Source: Octopus bimaculoides (Eukaryota). From it: 64,000 nt of DNA. Made by a program: the position numbers and the translations under genes. The stretch spans positions 147,571,543-147,635,542 of the forward strand of contig NC_068984.1 in the NCBI RefSeq assembly GCF_001194135.2, written 5' to 3'. Of the stretch, positions 53,357 through 64,000 are shown piece after piece. Every line of letters begins with the position of its first letter. Within the stretch, counting starts at the first letter, position 1. The notes under the pieces are model-generated. The model saw nothing but the letters and a program-made list of their open reading frames with translations. It did not search any database and was not told where the DNA came from.

Positions 53357-55190
53357 GGGGGGGAGCATGTATAGGACTGTGAGAATTGAAAATGGCAATG
53401 TTCTGTCATAATGGAATCTGTTTTCTGAGCATCTGTGGTGTTTATTGTCCCTGTGCATCTGCCGCACATGAAAGCTATCCTCCCTGTTAGCCTTCCTTTG
53501 ATGTTGCTGCACCTCTCATGTGTCCATAGCTTACACTGGGTACATCGTATGGAGTTTCTACCTGAAGGGGTTTGTGATGTGTTCACCTTCCTACTAACTA
53601 GGACTTTGCTCTTTGCAACATTGACTCTAAGGCCGTTCAACTGAAAACCTTGCTTCCACACCTGAAATTTCTTCTCTAGTTCTGGTCGTGATTCTGCTGA
53701 GATCCAGGTCATCAGCACAGAGGAGCTCCCAGGTGCAACCTGTCTTGAATTCCTCTGTTATTGCCTGGAGGACTATGATGAATAAGAGGGGGCTGGGGGC
53801 TGATCCTTAGTGGACGCCTACCTCTACCCGGAATTCCTCACTATACTCATTGCCAATCCTAACCTTACTAATGGCATCTCTGTACAGCCCTTATTAAACA
53901 TTCGTCAATCCATAGTTTCCGCATCGCCCACCAGATAAGGGATCGGGGGACCCTGTCAAAGGCTTTCTCCAAGTCCACAAAAGCCAGGTATAGGGGTTTA
54001 TCTTTGCCTAGGTATTTCTCCTGCAGTTGCCATATCAATGGTGCTTCTACCTGGCACAAAACCGAACTGCATCTCATCTAAGCAGACTCTCTCCCTAATT
54101 AGTTGGGCTATGATCTTCTCCATGACTTTCATCACCTGATCCAGCAGTTTGATACTCCTGTAGTTATTTCTATCGAAAGCATCACCTTTACTCTTGTAGC
54201 AGTTGACTATGGTGCTGCTAAACTACCTGGTTTACAATATGGGTGACTAGGCCATAACCCACACCACCAGATATTTTAAGCATCTTAGCAGTGATTCCTA
54301 CTGGGCCAGAGGCTTTTCCTGACTTCATACCCTTAATTGCTTTATCTACCAGGGAGATGTCTATTCGGATACCTGGTCCCTCTACTGGGTCAACATTTGG
54401 TAGGCTCTCTTCTTCCCATTCATTCTCCATGTTCAGCAGTCTTTCATAATGGCTCATCCAAGCCTCTTTCTTTTCAGAATCATTAAAAGCAAGTGCACCA
54501 TCATCCACCCGGGCACATTTCTCTCCTGTGACATCACAATTTTCTCTCACACACAATCTTGCAATCCGAAATACTTCAGTTCTTTGGTCCTAACATTGCT
54601 GAACATTGGCAAACTTCTTTTCTGCTTCTCCCATGGCTATGTATACCTGTCGCCCAGTCTCCCTTCTGGCTATCTGGTACAGTTCCCTGCTACCCCAACT
54701 CTTCCAGGCTTTCCAGGCCTGTTTCTTTGCTCTAATGGTTTTCTCTACCATCTTATTCCACCACCATGTTACTCTAGGTCTGGAAGGGACTTTGAACCAT
54801 CTGCAGATTTGGTCTGTGGCACTCAGCAAGCTGTCCCGTAGGAATTTCCAGCTACCCTCTGTGTCTGAAGTCTGTAGCTCCTCCTCCCTCTCATCAATTT
54901 CTTGATGAGGATGTCCCTAAATCTCTGACCATGTGAAGGGTTCTTTAGCTTCCAAATCCTTCTTTTCTGGATTGGTCTGCTTTTTGGCATCCTTCTGGCC
55001 TCAAGTCTAAAGTCACTAATGACTAGCCTATGCTGGGGTTACATTCTTCACCAAGGAGGGTCTTTGCATTTAAGAGCAACCATGCGTCCTGCTGTCTGGT
55101 GAGGATGAAATCAATCTGGCTAGCAGAGTCACCTGATTGGTAGGTTAATCAGGTGGCTGTTTGGTTACCTGAAGTTAGTGTTGCAGATTA
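53357..55190 (-). mobile_element. RTE-type LINE fragment (endonuclease C-terminus + RT), degenerate
   Basis: Minus-strand SQIDFIL...PQHRLV (end of endonuclease), YLAFVDLEKAFDRVPR, SAPSPLLFIIV, (Y>C)ADD, LRVNVAKSKV, and a Cys/His-rich insert CTQCKLWTHERC...CGRC. Confidence 0.9.
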
Positions 55191-55227
55191 AAAGGTTACA
55201 TGCATCACAGAATTCCAGTAGAACAGA

Positions 55228-55745
55228 TTATTATTATTATTATTGTTCAAGCAAATTTCTTCTGCATTGTCTGCCCACAGCTCTGTGTTGGTGGGGTGTG
55301 TGCAGCATTGTGTCCTTTTTTTATTGTTGGGCAAGTGCAAACTTTTTCCGGTATTGTTTTGCATCAGTTTCTTTTGTTAGGGGACCTGGTTGCAGTCTTT
55401 TCTTGTATTAGTGTTTATATTGCGTTGTGTGTGCAATGTGTAGGGTATCTAGCCTGTAGGTGGTAGTTTATTTTATTGGATATTTGCTATATAGAGTGTC
55501 TTGTGTTTGTGGATTCTTTTTGTTTGGATTGTATTATTAAATTGATAGTGTCTTGTGTAGGCTGTGGGCTGTTCCTAGCAGGGATATGTTTTAGATAGTG
55601 TGTAGTGTTGAGGGTCCAGGTATCACTTCTACATTTTTGTTCATATGTTTTTTATCCTGCCCAATTATTACAGGTATTGTTTTCACCTTCATGCCCCACA
55701 CCTTGAATACTTCGATTTTGAGGTCTTTGTACTTTGACAAAAACA
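55228..55745 (-). mobile_element. Second R4/Dong-clade LINE 3' fragment ending at (TAA)n
   Basis: Minus strand SKYKDLKIEVFKVWGMKVKTIPVIIG...ISLLGTAHSLHKTLSI* (restriction-like endonuclease C-terminus), then a 3' UTR and (TAA)n at 55228-55244. Confidence 0.8.
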
Positions 55746-55774
55746 ACTTCTCCACTTCTTTTTGGGCAATATTA

Positions 55775-55850
55775 TTTTGCAGGCAGTGGGTTACTACATG
55801 TAACCTTAGGTATCCTCAAGTTTTCAGTTGTGTTTCAAGTGCTTAGAACC
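55775..55850 (-). mobile_element. Short 3'-end fragment of the same R4 family as 50004-52455
   Basis: GGGTTACTA..TGTAACCTT..GTA.CC.CAAGTTTTCAG...TTTCAAGTGCTTAGAACC is shared with about 50060-50118. Confidence 0.7.
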
Positions 55851-55869
55851 TTGTTTTTCATCCTTTTGG

Positions 55870-56247
55870 ATGAATAGTTATGATGGGATTTTGTTCCACC
55901 AGGGTTTGCAGGATGTCCTCGTCAAGCTCTACAGATCTTCCAGGATGAGGCTCATCTTCTAGGCTGTAGTTTCCGGCTCAGAATTTCTGGAACCACCGTA
56001 GACACTGGCTTACACTTATTGTCTGATCCCCATATACTGCATTAATATTCCTCGCACTTTCCGTTGCATTGTTGAGTTTATTGAACTCACAAAGCAAAAT
56101 ATGCTCCTTTGTCACTTCTATTATAACTTTGAAAAAAATAACTGTTAAAATCGAACTGTACTCTTCAGTACTTGCACTAGGAATAAGAACAAGGTAATTA
56201 CTTCCTGCAATTGAAAAAAACGCATTATTTAAGGGATGGCCCAATAA
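55870..56247 (-). mobile_element. Mariner transposon 5' remnant (TIR + HTH-coding region)
   Basis: Minus strand EVTKEHILLCEFNKLNNATESARNINAVYGDQTISVSQCLRWFQKF*AGNYSLEDEPHPGRSVELDEDILQTLVEQNP; TIR-like TATTGGGCCATCCCTTAAATAATGCG at 56221-56246. Confidence 0.88.
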
Positions 56248-56609
56248 TTTTCTTTATTGAAAGATTTTCTAGGAATATGTCATGGTAGATATGGCAGAAT
56301 TAGAAGAGCGAGCGTGATAATTAGTTTAGGTGTTGAATTCAAATTTCAACTTTGGTTTATAATTCCAGATTTTACAAAAGACAAATGCTTGTATCCTTTG
56401 TGTTCCTACTCCATGCCTCCTAGGCTTGTTACTGTCTGGACTGGCACTGGGTGAAGGCTGCAATATATTTTTCAAATAGATTCTTCTACCTAGGGCTCAA
56501 ATATATTCATAGTTAACCTATGTGATGGACGATGCCGTTTGTTAATTTTTTTAAAAAACTATTTTCATATTGAAAGAAACCTCTCCCTGCCAAGCTGTTA
56601 CTCTCCACA

Positions 56610-56830
56610 ACTCATATGTTATGGACATGGGAATAGAATGCTGAAGGAAATAATTGCAAGACTGATTGTTCAAGCTGAACCAACCAGGTGAAGACCTTGG
56701 GGTAAATCAAGAATGAGATGGTTGGATCCTTACTCTCAATTGGCCACTCTTGGGAATCCAGCTTGAAAGTGTAACAAGAATTGCTTTTGATAGGAACCTG
56801 TGCAGGAGGTACTTGAGGACTCTACTGCCA
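56610..56830 (+). mobile_element. Degenerate LINE 3' fragment
   Basis: GHMGIE..MLKEI...RP.GKSRMRWLD-like reading (RPRGRPRxRWxD). Confidence 0.45.
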
Positions 56831-57037
56831 CAACCCTCTTATGAACGGGATGCAAAAAATGGATGGATACCAATAATCTACAGGCATACTTTCTCTATAA
56901 ATTTCTAGCTTTATGGCCATATGAGAAATTATTATAGAAAATGGAAGAATTAGTAGAAACCGAAGCGCTTTACATAAAAGAATCTGCTGTTTTTCGTCTC
57001 CTCAATGTCATGTCAACCTTTCTCTGCTCCCCAGCAT

Positions 57038-57076
<39 letters not shown>

Positions 57077-57100
57077 ATTTTAACTTTGCTTCTCTTTTAG

Positions 57101-57279
57101 GTCTAAAGAAAGTTTCTGATGACCAGAAGACCCACAAAAACCCAACCTTACGAAAGGATGGAGCATGCCCTGTGAAATCACCTGCCAACGCCAGCTCTAA
57201 GAAAACTCCTTCCTATGGTGGCAATGCTCCAGTGACAAATGTTCCTCTCATAGAACTGCAGGACAAGAAATGGATCATC
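57101..57279 (+). CDS. CAP1: CAP exon: (G)LKKVSDDQKTHKNPTLRKDGACPVKSPANASSKKTPSYGGNAPVTNVPLIELQDKKWII (WH2 tail, P2 linker, CARP start)
   Basis: tctcttttag| acceptor (phase 1), ATC|GTAAGT donor; LKKV...KTHKNP and LEL-x-x-KKW motifs. Confidence 0.97.
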
Positions 57280-58011
57280 GTAAGTAAACACACTTGGCTT
57301 GACTTTTTTTTTTACTTTGTTTCTAACCCTGATGTGTTGGGTGGAGAGGCAAAAGTGGATTGATGGTCAGACAAGAAGTCCAACTCCCAACAGTGGTCCT
57401 CTCATGCATTTTTCACCCAAACATAAAAGTCCACCACATATTAGAGAATAGTGTTGCTCATTGTTGTTAGTGATGAGTGATTCATTAGCTTCAGTTCTTC
57501 CTTGCATTAGAAAAGCTATTTACAATGTGACCTATCCAGGAGGAAATCTATCTCTCTTCTAATGAACATTATGGAAATAAAAGTTCTGGCCACACGAAAC
57601 CTTGTGATTTGCAAAAAGGAAAGAATTTCCTTCCTTTCTTCCTTTAGTTGATCTAACCCTTTAAATTACTTTCATCCAGCTTCTTATGCTGGTGTGCGTT
57701 GCTTAAAACTTCTTCAAACCCTTTTTCTAACCAGATTCCTTTCCTTTCTTGTTTAAAGAATTTATTCCATGTCTTTGCATTTTGAACTGGTATTGAATGT
57801 TTTGCTTGAGAGACATGACGACCATCATCACTGAAGCAGTGGCAACACACACACACACACACACAGGCTTCTATACAGTTTCTATCTACCAATTTCATCC
57901 ACAAGACATGTTGGTCAACCCATACATGAGTGAGAGAGAGAGATATATATATATTTATATAGGTTCGCCACTGATTCTCTTTCCTGGTAATTCCTTTTTC
58001 TTACCTTCCAG

Positions 58012-58135
58012 GAATATCAAAACAACAACCAAAACATCCAGTTGACAGACACTAGCATGAAGCAAACTGTTTACATCTACAAGTGTCGGAATTCAGTTGT
58101 CAAAGTAACTGGCAAAGTTAATTCTATTGTTGTAG
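58012..58135 (+). CDS. CAP1: CAP exon: EYQNNNQNIQLTDTSMKQTVYIYKCRNSVVKVTGKVNSIVV(D), CARP beta-helix
   Basis: ccttccag| acceptor, TAG|GTAAGT donor; KQTVYIYKC...GKVNSI motif. Confidence 0.97.
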
Positions 58136-58249
58136 GTAAGTGCATCATTTTCATATCTTCTGTTTCATGTTTGCATTAATTCAAAAAGCCATCGAATCTT
58201 CCTGTTGCCAATCCTCACCACTTTCCAAGTAAGGTACTCGTTTTCATCT

Positions 58250-58515
58250 TTTATTTGTTTCAGTCGTTAGAGGTCATGCTGGGGCACCACCTTGAAGAAT
58301 TTTAATTAAACAAATCAACTCAAATACTTTTTTTTTTTTAAGCCTAGTACTTATTTTATAGACAACACACACAGAGGCTTCTTTCAGTTTTCATCTACCA
58401 AACCCACTCACAAGGCTTTGTTCAGCCCAAGGCTATAGTAGAAGACACTCGTCCAAGGTACCATGCACTGGGATTGAACCTAGGGAAGCAAACTTCCTAC
58501 CATGCAAGCCACACC
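58250..58515 (-). mobile_element. SINE copy, antisense
   Basis: Reverse complement of the family consensus. Confidence 0.75.
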
Positions 58516-60120
58516 TGAGCCAATTTTACTATAACCAACAGTCCTGCCTGTTGCCTCTCCTCTTTCAACGCAAATTCATCTGACTGCAGTTAATTTGTTG
58601 GCCTCTCTCCTCAGCTACTAACTTAGACTGAGATTCTTCCATGCTGCAAACTCTTTCCTGTTTGGTCAATTTACTGCAATCCTTCCCGTTCCTATCCAAC
58701 TTTGAATATCTGGCATCAGGTGTTCTTCGCCTGGCCCTCTTTCCATTCTGTGAGTGCCTCCATCATTTCATGCCAAGTAGCTGGCAGGTGCAGAATGATT
58801 TGTTGGTTATTGAACAGATATAGTGCTGTAGATGAAGGAAAGTTGAGTACCAATGTCCAAGTTCTGTTGTACTACAGTGAACCCCATGCCAGACTCTGCC
58901 CCCACACTTTCCAGGAGATCATCATCATTGTATCTTCCGACATTTCCGTTATGTGCAGTTAACAATGTGTGGAAAGGGAGATAACCCCCTATCTACAAAA
59001 AACCACAGTGCATCTCGGACTACAATATTGTCTGGGATTTGCTTCACAGAACTGTTTCTTCATTTATAATTAGTCCAATGACTTCCTTATAGATACACCC
59101 ACTTTTCCATGTTCATATGAGTGGGATGGAATATTTTAAAGCAGATTTTCTACGGCCAAATACATTGCTGTCATTAAAACTCTCATCTCTTTCCAAGGAA
59201 GCTAATATTTCCTCATAACAAGAGTTTCCACAGAAAACTGGATGGACACTCGTTTACAACCATCACATGATGTCAAGGCTTGAAGACAGTAAGACACCCA
59301 TGCTTGACAAGCTTCTTTCAGTTTCCACTGTCAAGGCTTTGGTCAGCCCCAGAGATATTGTAGAAGCCACTTGCCTAAGGTACCACACTATGGAACTGAA
59401 CCTGAAACGATGGAGTTGGGAAGCAAGCTTCTTACCATACAGCTATGCTTTTACTAATGTGTGTGTGTATGTAGATATGACATAACACATACAGGAAGCC
59501 AAATGTTCCATGAGGTGGTGACATCTACTGGTGATGAACTGAGGCCTGCCTTGTTGCTGTATCCCATGAAAGGCTGCTGAAGACAAGAGGCAAGACTTTT
59601 TGGTTGGCCCAAGGCTGTAACAGGCAAGTTTTGCCTTGCAGTAAGATGGAACTCCAAACCAGTTAGTAACAAAGCAAGCTCTCTCTCTCTCTCCCCACAC
59701 AGTCATGCCTGCTGCATGTGATTGGGATAATAATTGAGAGACAATCATTATGATTGATGTTATTTAGCCATAAATCAGATTTGTTCAAGCAGACTTCCGA
59801 TCAAAAATGTTTCAGCTATGACCAACCTCTCTTCTTTGTGGTTTATTTACAAAACAGATCAAATACAAAAGCAAAAAACAACACAAGTCCAATGGATGTT
59901 CACAATTAATTATTATTAAGTTTATAACTCAGAGAATGTATAATGTTTTGGGCATAATCTTTCATCAGATTATTCAATGTGTAAAGAGGGTGTGGTGTGC
60001 AGGATCTCTGGCTGTTATTTCTAGTCAGTGGAACAATCATGTCTTCTGATTATGACATTATTGGTGTTGGTGATATTTCTTTGTCCTCTTCATAAGTCTC
60101 ATCTCTCTTTCTCTCTTCAG

Positions 60121-60203
60121 ATAACAGCACAAAATGTGGAATTGTCTTTGATGATGTCATTTCTTCCATTGAATTTATCAACTGTTCCAGTGTTCAATCA
60201 CAG
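60121..60203 (+). CDS. CAP1: CAP exon: (D)NSTKCGIVFDDVISSIEFINCSSVQSQ
   Basis: tctcttcag| acceptor (phase 1), CAG|GTGAGC donor; matches the CAP segment [21 protein letters not shown]. Confidence 0.96.
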
Positions 60204-61261
60204 GTGAGCTTAGACTTGCATTATAGAATTATGAATGAAGAACTTTAATTAGAGACATTTTTTTCCAAATCTAAAAGTCTTTCTATGCAACATTATTGTT
60301 AATTGCAAAAATAACTGATGTTCTAATTACTGTTACGTTCTGAACATATTGAAAATTGTCCTCTTTTGTAACCCTACGATTTTCACCATCTGATACCACC
60401 TCTCTTTCATTTATAGTTTTGTTTTTTTTTAATATTTTGTTTCAATTTTTAATTATTTTACATAAAGTAACTGGGAAGCTGTTTTAGTTACCATTGTTCT
60501 CAAAGAATGGTAGCAGCATTCCCAGCAATCTGTTTGGAGAGGACTTGGGTTCAAAAATTTCTAGTTGAACTCTCCTAACCCCAAATGTTTGACCACCAGC
60601 TTGCAAGCATTCAGGCCAAATTTCAAATTTAAGGCCACCTCCCTCCCATCAGTCTTGTAAGCCTTGTTAAATGGGCCAAGGGGCACCGTCTTCCTGCCTG
60701 ACCAAAAGATTAAAAAGTAAAAAGTGTTGTTTTCTGAACTTTATATCTTAAATATCATCCGATCCTCATTGAAAAGTCTTTAGAGTTTGTTGTTGCTGGT
60801 TTGATTATTAAATCGAGCAAGTTGAATAAATCTTTCTGGTATATTTTTTTTTAAATGTTAATTTGTTGGTAGGAAGTAAATTCATTTTGTCTCGTTGATG
60901 ACTTGGTATAGTTCTATCGGTCTTTGGCTTGAGAGATGGACGGTGAGGATCTGTGCACTGAGAAGAGGACCAAAATTCGGACAATTTGGTTACTAGAGCC
61001 AGTGATAAATGTTGAAGGTGACAGTATTCTCCTGCAACAGAATGTTAGTCTGGTTGCAGGGTTCAAGACTAGCAAATTTTGAGGGGAGGGGGACAAGCCA
61101 ACGACATTGACTTCAGTTGTACTTTATTTAGTTAATCAACCCTGAAGAGATGAACTTTGGCAGGATTTGAACTCAGTACATAAAGAACTGGAAGAGATGC
61201 CACTAAGCATCTAAGTCAGACTCTACATGCTGCTTGCCACCTTTGCATTTAAAGGAGCAGA

Positions 61262-61311
61262 AACCAGCAGCCGAGATGAAGAGTGGAACCAGCAGCCGAG
61301 ATGAAGAGTGG
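61262..61311. repeat. Exact 25-bp tandem duplication (AACCAGCAGCCGAGATGAAGAGTGG)x2
   Basis: Directly visible. Confidence 0.95.
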
Positions 61312-61391
61312 ATACATATTTTGTAGTGAGGCCAAGTTTAGAGACATTTTAAATATTCATAAGAGAAAGCTAATCAGTTAGGGAGATGGTT

Positions 61392-61426
<35 letters not shown>

Positions 61427-61857
61427 AACATTGAGATTTGTAACTAATGCCCTCTAGTGTTGGCAACATATCTGATTATGATTCAGTTGGCACTGAGTAC
61501 CTGCTCAGGACATTTTGCTTGTCATCCTTTTGAGGTGAAAAAGCAAGACTTGTAAAAGCATCTCACCAAATGCTTTGCAGTATTTATTCCAACTTTTTAT
61601 GGTTTGAGTTCAAATCCCTTCATGGCCTGCTTGAAGGTTAAACTATGTTTATCACTTCTACCTGGCATCTCAGGTGTGTTTACCAGAATTCACTTTACAA
61701 ACAACATTCAAGCTATCCTCCTTCTCTTGCACCTTTCCTTTGGAAACCCTGTAAAGGGCCATGGCTACTGCCTTCCCCCTTGACCCCCCCCCCAAAAAAA
61801 AATGTCATTTGCTACTTCAAGAGGTTATTATTGTTTTTCTTCCCATCCTTGCAACAG

Positions 61858-62001
61858 GTGACTGGCAAAGTTCCAACAGTGAGTATTGAGAAAACAGATG
61901 GATGTATGGTCTACCTTAGCCCCGAGTCTTTGGACACAGAGATCATCACTGCTAAATCTTCAGAGGTTAATGTTCTTGTCCCAAAAGGCGATGGAGACTA
62001 C
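61858..62001 (+). CDS. CAP1: CAP exon: [48 protein letters not shown]
   Basis: gcaacag| acceptor, TAC|GTATGT donor; GKVPT-x-SI-x-KTDGC and AKSSE-x-NV motifs. Confidence 0.98.
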
Positions 62002-62054
62002 GTATGTATTCAATTGCTTCTTCATTTAACTTTGTTTCATGTAACATACCTTCT

Positions 62055-62325
62055 ACTTGCTGCAGCCATGCTGGAGCACCGCTTTGAACAGTTTCGACAT
62101 CAGTACTTCTTTTCAAGTTTGGTCCCACCTATTTTATTGGTCTCTTTTACCGAACTGCTGTGTTATGGGGTTGTAAAGCAAACAGACACTGGCTGTCAAG
62201 TAGTGGAGGAAGGGCAAAATACAGACACAACGATGCACACACATAGAGCTGCCACACAGTGGGACTGAACCTGAAATCAGATGGTTGCAAAGCAAGCTTC
62301 TTAACCACACAGCCATGCCTGTCTC
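62055..62325 (-). mobile_element. SINE copy, antisense
   Basis: Reverse complement; head AGCAAGCTTCTTAACCACACAGCCATGCCTG. Confidence 0.78.
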
Positions 62326-63198
62326 AATCCTGTACCCTCGTATTTCAAGACAACTGACTGTGAGTAGCAGTCTGTTATGGAGGGAACCTTTCCCACTCCC
62401 AAACCTGCTACTGCTACTCATTTCATCTGAGTAGACTGAAGCAGTGTGAAATGAATTGTCTTGCTCAAGGGTTGTGCTGTTGTGGTTCAAGTAGTGAATT
62501 CACATAGGAGTATATATATGTATATATTCCAAGTAAGCAATTATCACACACACACACACTGCATATATAATCTACATTGTTGCTCTCTGCAACGCACGGA
62601 CCTTTGAGTTTTCTTTCCATGAGCTTTTAGCACTGCTGATGACGTACAGACATCACAAGCATTTCATTCGGTATTTTGTGTGCATTGTCATTCAATGGAT
62701 GTCCTCAACTCAGTTGTTGTTTGTTTTTTAAGCTTTTAAGTGTCTCCATGAAAAAAAGTCTAGTAGTGTGAGGTCCAATGAATGTGAAGGGGGGGGGTAT
62801 TCTACTGAAGCTCTTCATCTTAGGGGCACCCTCATGTTACTAAGGTAGCATAAAGCACCATCTGGCTGGAAATACTTACTCTTCAAAGTCTTGTAGAATG
62901 TTTAGCATTGATATTCCTTTGTAATATGTGAATATTCAGACCTGCAGGATGTGCAATTGTCAAAGTTAATCAAGCCAATTAATTTAAATGTAGTCTCATC
63001 ACTACCAGCGATCTTTGCTTCTACATATCTTGCCAAGGACCCACTTCACTCTTTTAGTTCAGATCATCTTCACTAAGAGCAGGAACCATTCTTGGAATGT
63101 CACTTTTGAATACAGTGGGTGCTTGATTTTGAAATTCTTAACAATTTGCATGCCGCAGAGATTATCTGTCAGTTTAAATTTTTTTTTTCCCTTTTCAG

Positions 63199-63276
63199 AC
63201 GGAGTGTTTTATTCCAGAGCAATTCAAATCAACTTGGAATGGTACAAGCATGTCAACACAATTTTGTGAATCATAG
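63199..63276 (+). CDS. CAP1: CAP terminal coding exon: TECFIPEQFKSTWNGTSMSTQFCES*
   Basis: cccttttcag| acceptor; PEQFK-x-x-W motif; TAG at 63274-63276. Confidence 0.96.
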   Translation, partial: TECFIPEQFKSTWNGTSMSTQFCES

Positions 63277-63616
63277 ATGGAACAAGAAGGGCCTTTGCTC
63301 TACCAATTTACTTCTCAACACTACATCTTCCTACACCCCAGCCTGTGGATTTATGATGGGGGAGGGGGTGACATTCTAAAACTTTTTTTATACTTCTTTT
63401 TTGTCCTTCTTTGCCTGTCAATGCTACTGTCATCACAGAATGTCTTTGGCCTAATTATGCAACAATGTACTTAAAAATAAGATTTTTTTTTTTCCAAATT
63501 TTGTTTTTTTTATTTCATTTATATTACTATTGTACCATTTTGTATTCTTCAGAATCAGAGCAATTCTTTATTTCAAACACTATTTGAATAATACAATTAT
63601 TAATGATAATCATTAT

Positions 63617-63626
63617 AATAAATAAA
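63617..63626 (+). promoter_or_regulatory. Candidate polyadenylation signals (overlapping AATAAA x2) for CAP; another at 63795-63800
   Basis: AATAAATAAA about 340 nt after the stop codon. The context is AT-rich, so a chance occurrence is possible. Confidence 0.4.
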
Positions 63627-63747
63627 TTCTTTTAAATGTATGAGGGAGAGAGAGAAAGAAATGTAGAGAGTGCTGAGACTCTGTTGTTGAAGAATTATGA
63701 TTTATGAAACTTTCTATACCCTCTCATCAAATTCCAATTTGAAAAAG

Positions 63748-63785
<38 letters not shown>

Positions 63786-64000
63786 CAATCAATCAATAAA
63801 TAATTAAATTAAATGTTATTTTAATCACTTGTCTTGTCATTCAATCTCTTATCTTCTTTTTAGCCACCTCCATTCACTGATGCTTTTTATGTGCTACCAG
63901 CATGAATACCAATCAAAGAGGACTGTCTGAAAAGTTCCATGGATGGGATTTCCTTGAAAGTTCCGAGGTCTTCCTGGAAATTTTCGAGGATGAACTACTT

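Larger units (their letters stand above)
12342..63276 (+). other. CAP1: Gene span of adenylyl cyclase-associated protein (CAP/Srv2 family actin regulator), multi-exon; P1/WH2 exon(s) not resolved in this assembly
   Basis: Manual splicing of 11 GT-AG exons gives the CAP N-terminal helical-folded domain (NHLSAISESIPALGWV, FYTNRVLKEF, YVKEYHTTGLSWN) and the C-terminal CARP domain ([49 protein letters not shown]). The 5' boundary depends on the putative alternative exons. Confidence 0.95.

Noticed and set aside
1438-53718. Long ORFs in the supplied track that are mostly X, or YIYI/CVCV/THTH/SLSL runs
   Set aside because: These are artefacts of N gaps and dinucleotide microsatellites.
63918-64000. 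GAGGACTGTCTGAAAAGTTCC resembles a mariner/Tc1 TIR start
   Set aside because: It is truncated by the window end, with no partner TIR or transposase visible.

Overview
Eukaryotic, AT-rich, microsatellite- and SINE-rich gapped scaffold whose repeat families are typical of an octopus genome. The species assignment is inferred from repeat content. The window is dominated by one + strand, intron-rich gene for adenylyl cyclase-associated protein (CAP/Srv2). Eleven conserved coding exons run from 23129 to the stop at 63276, with consistent GT-AG boundaries and reading phases. Two further upstream exons (12342-12444 and 14855-15097) appear to encode a non-canonical Tyr-rich, acidic N-terminus that splices in frame to the CAP helical-folded domain. 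The canonical RLE-motif first exon is not visible. The poly-proline/WH2 exon(s) required by phase between 35658 and 57101 are also not visible, and may lie in an assembly gap. The introns hold many SINEs, RTE-type LINE fragments, R4/Dong-clade LINEs ending at (TAA)n, a mariner remnant, piggyBac-like MITEs, a degraded mitochondrial insertion (nad6-nad1 NUMT) and a 62-bp minisatellite that flips orientation mid-array. There are no prokaryotic features such as CRISPR arrays or operons.
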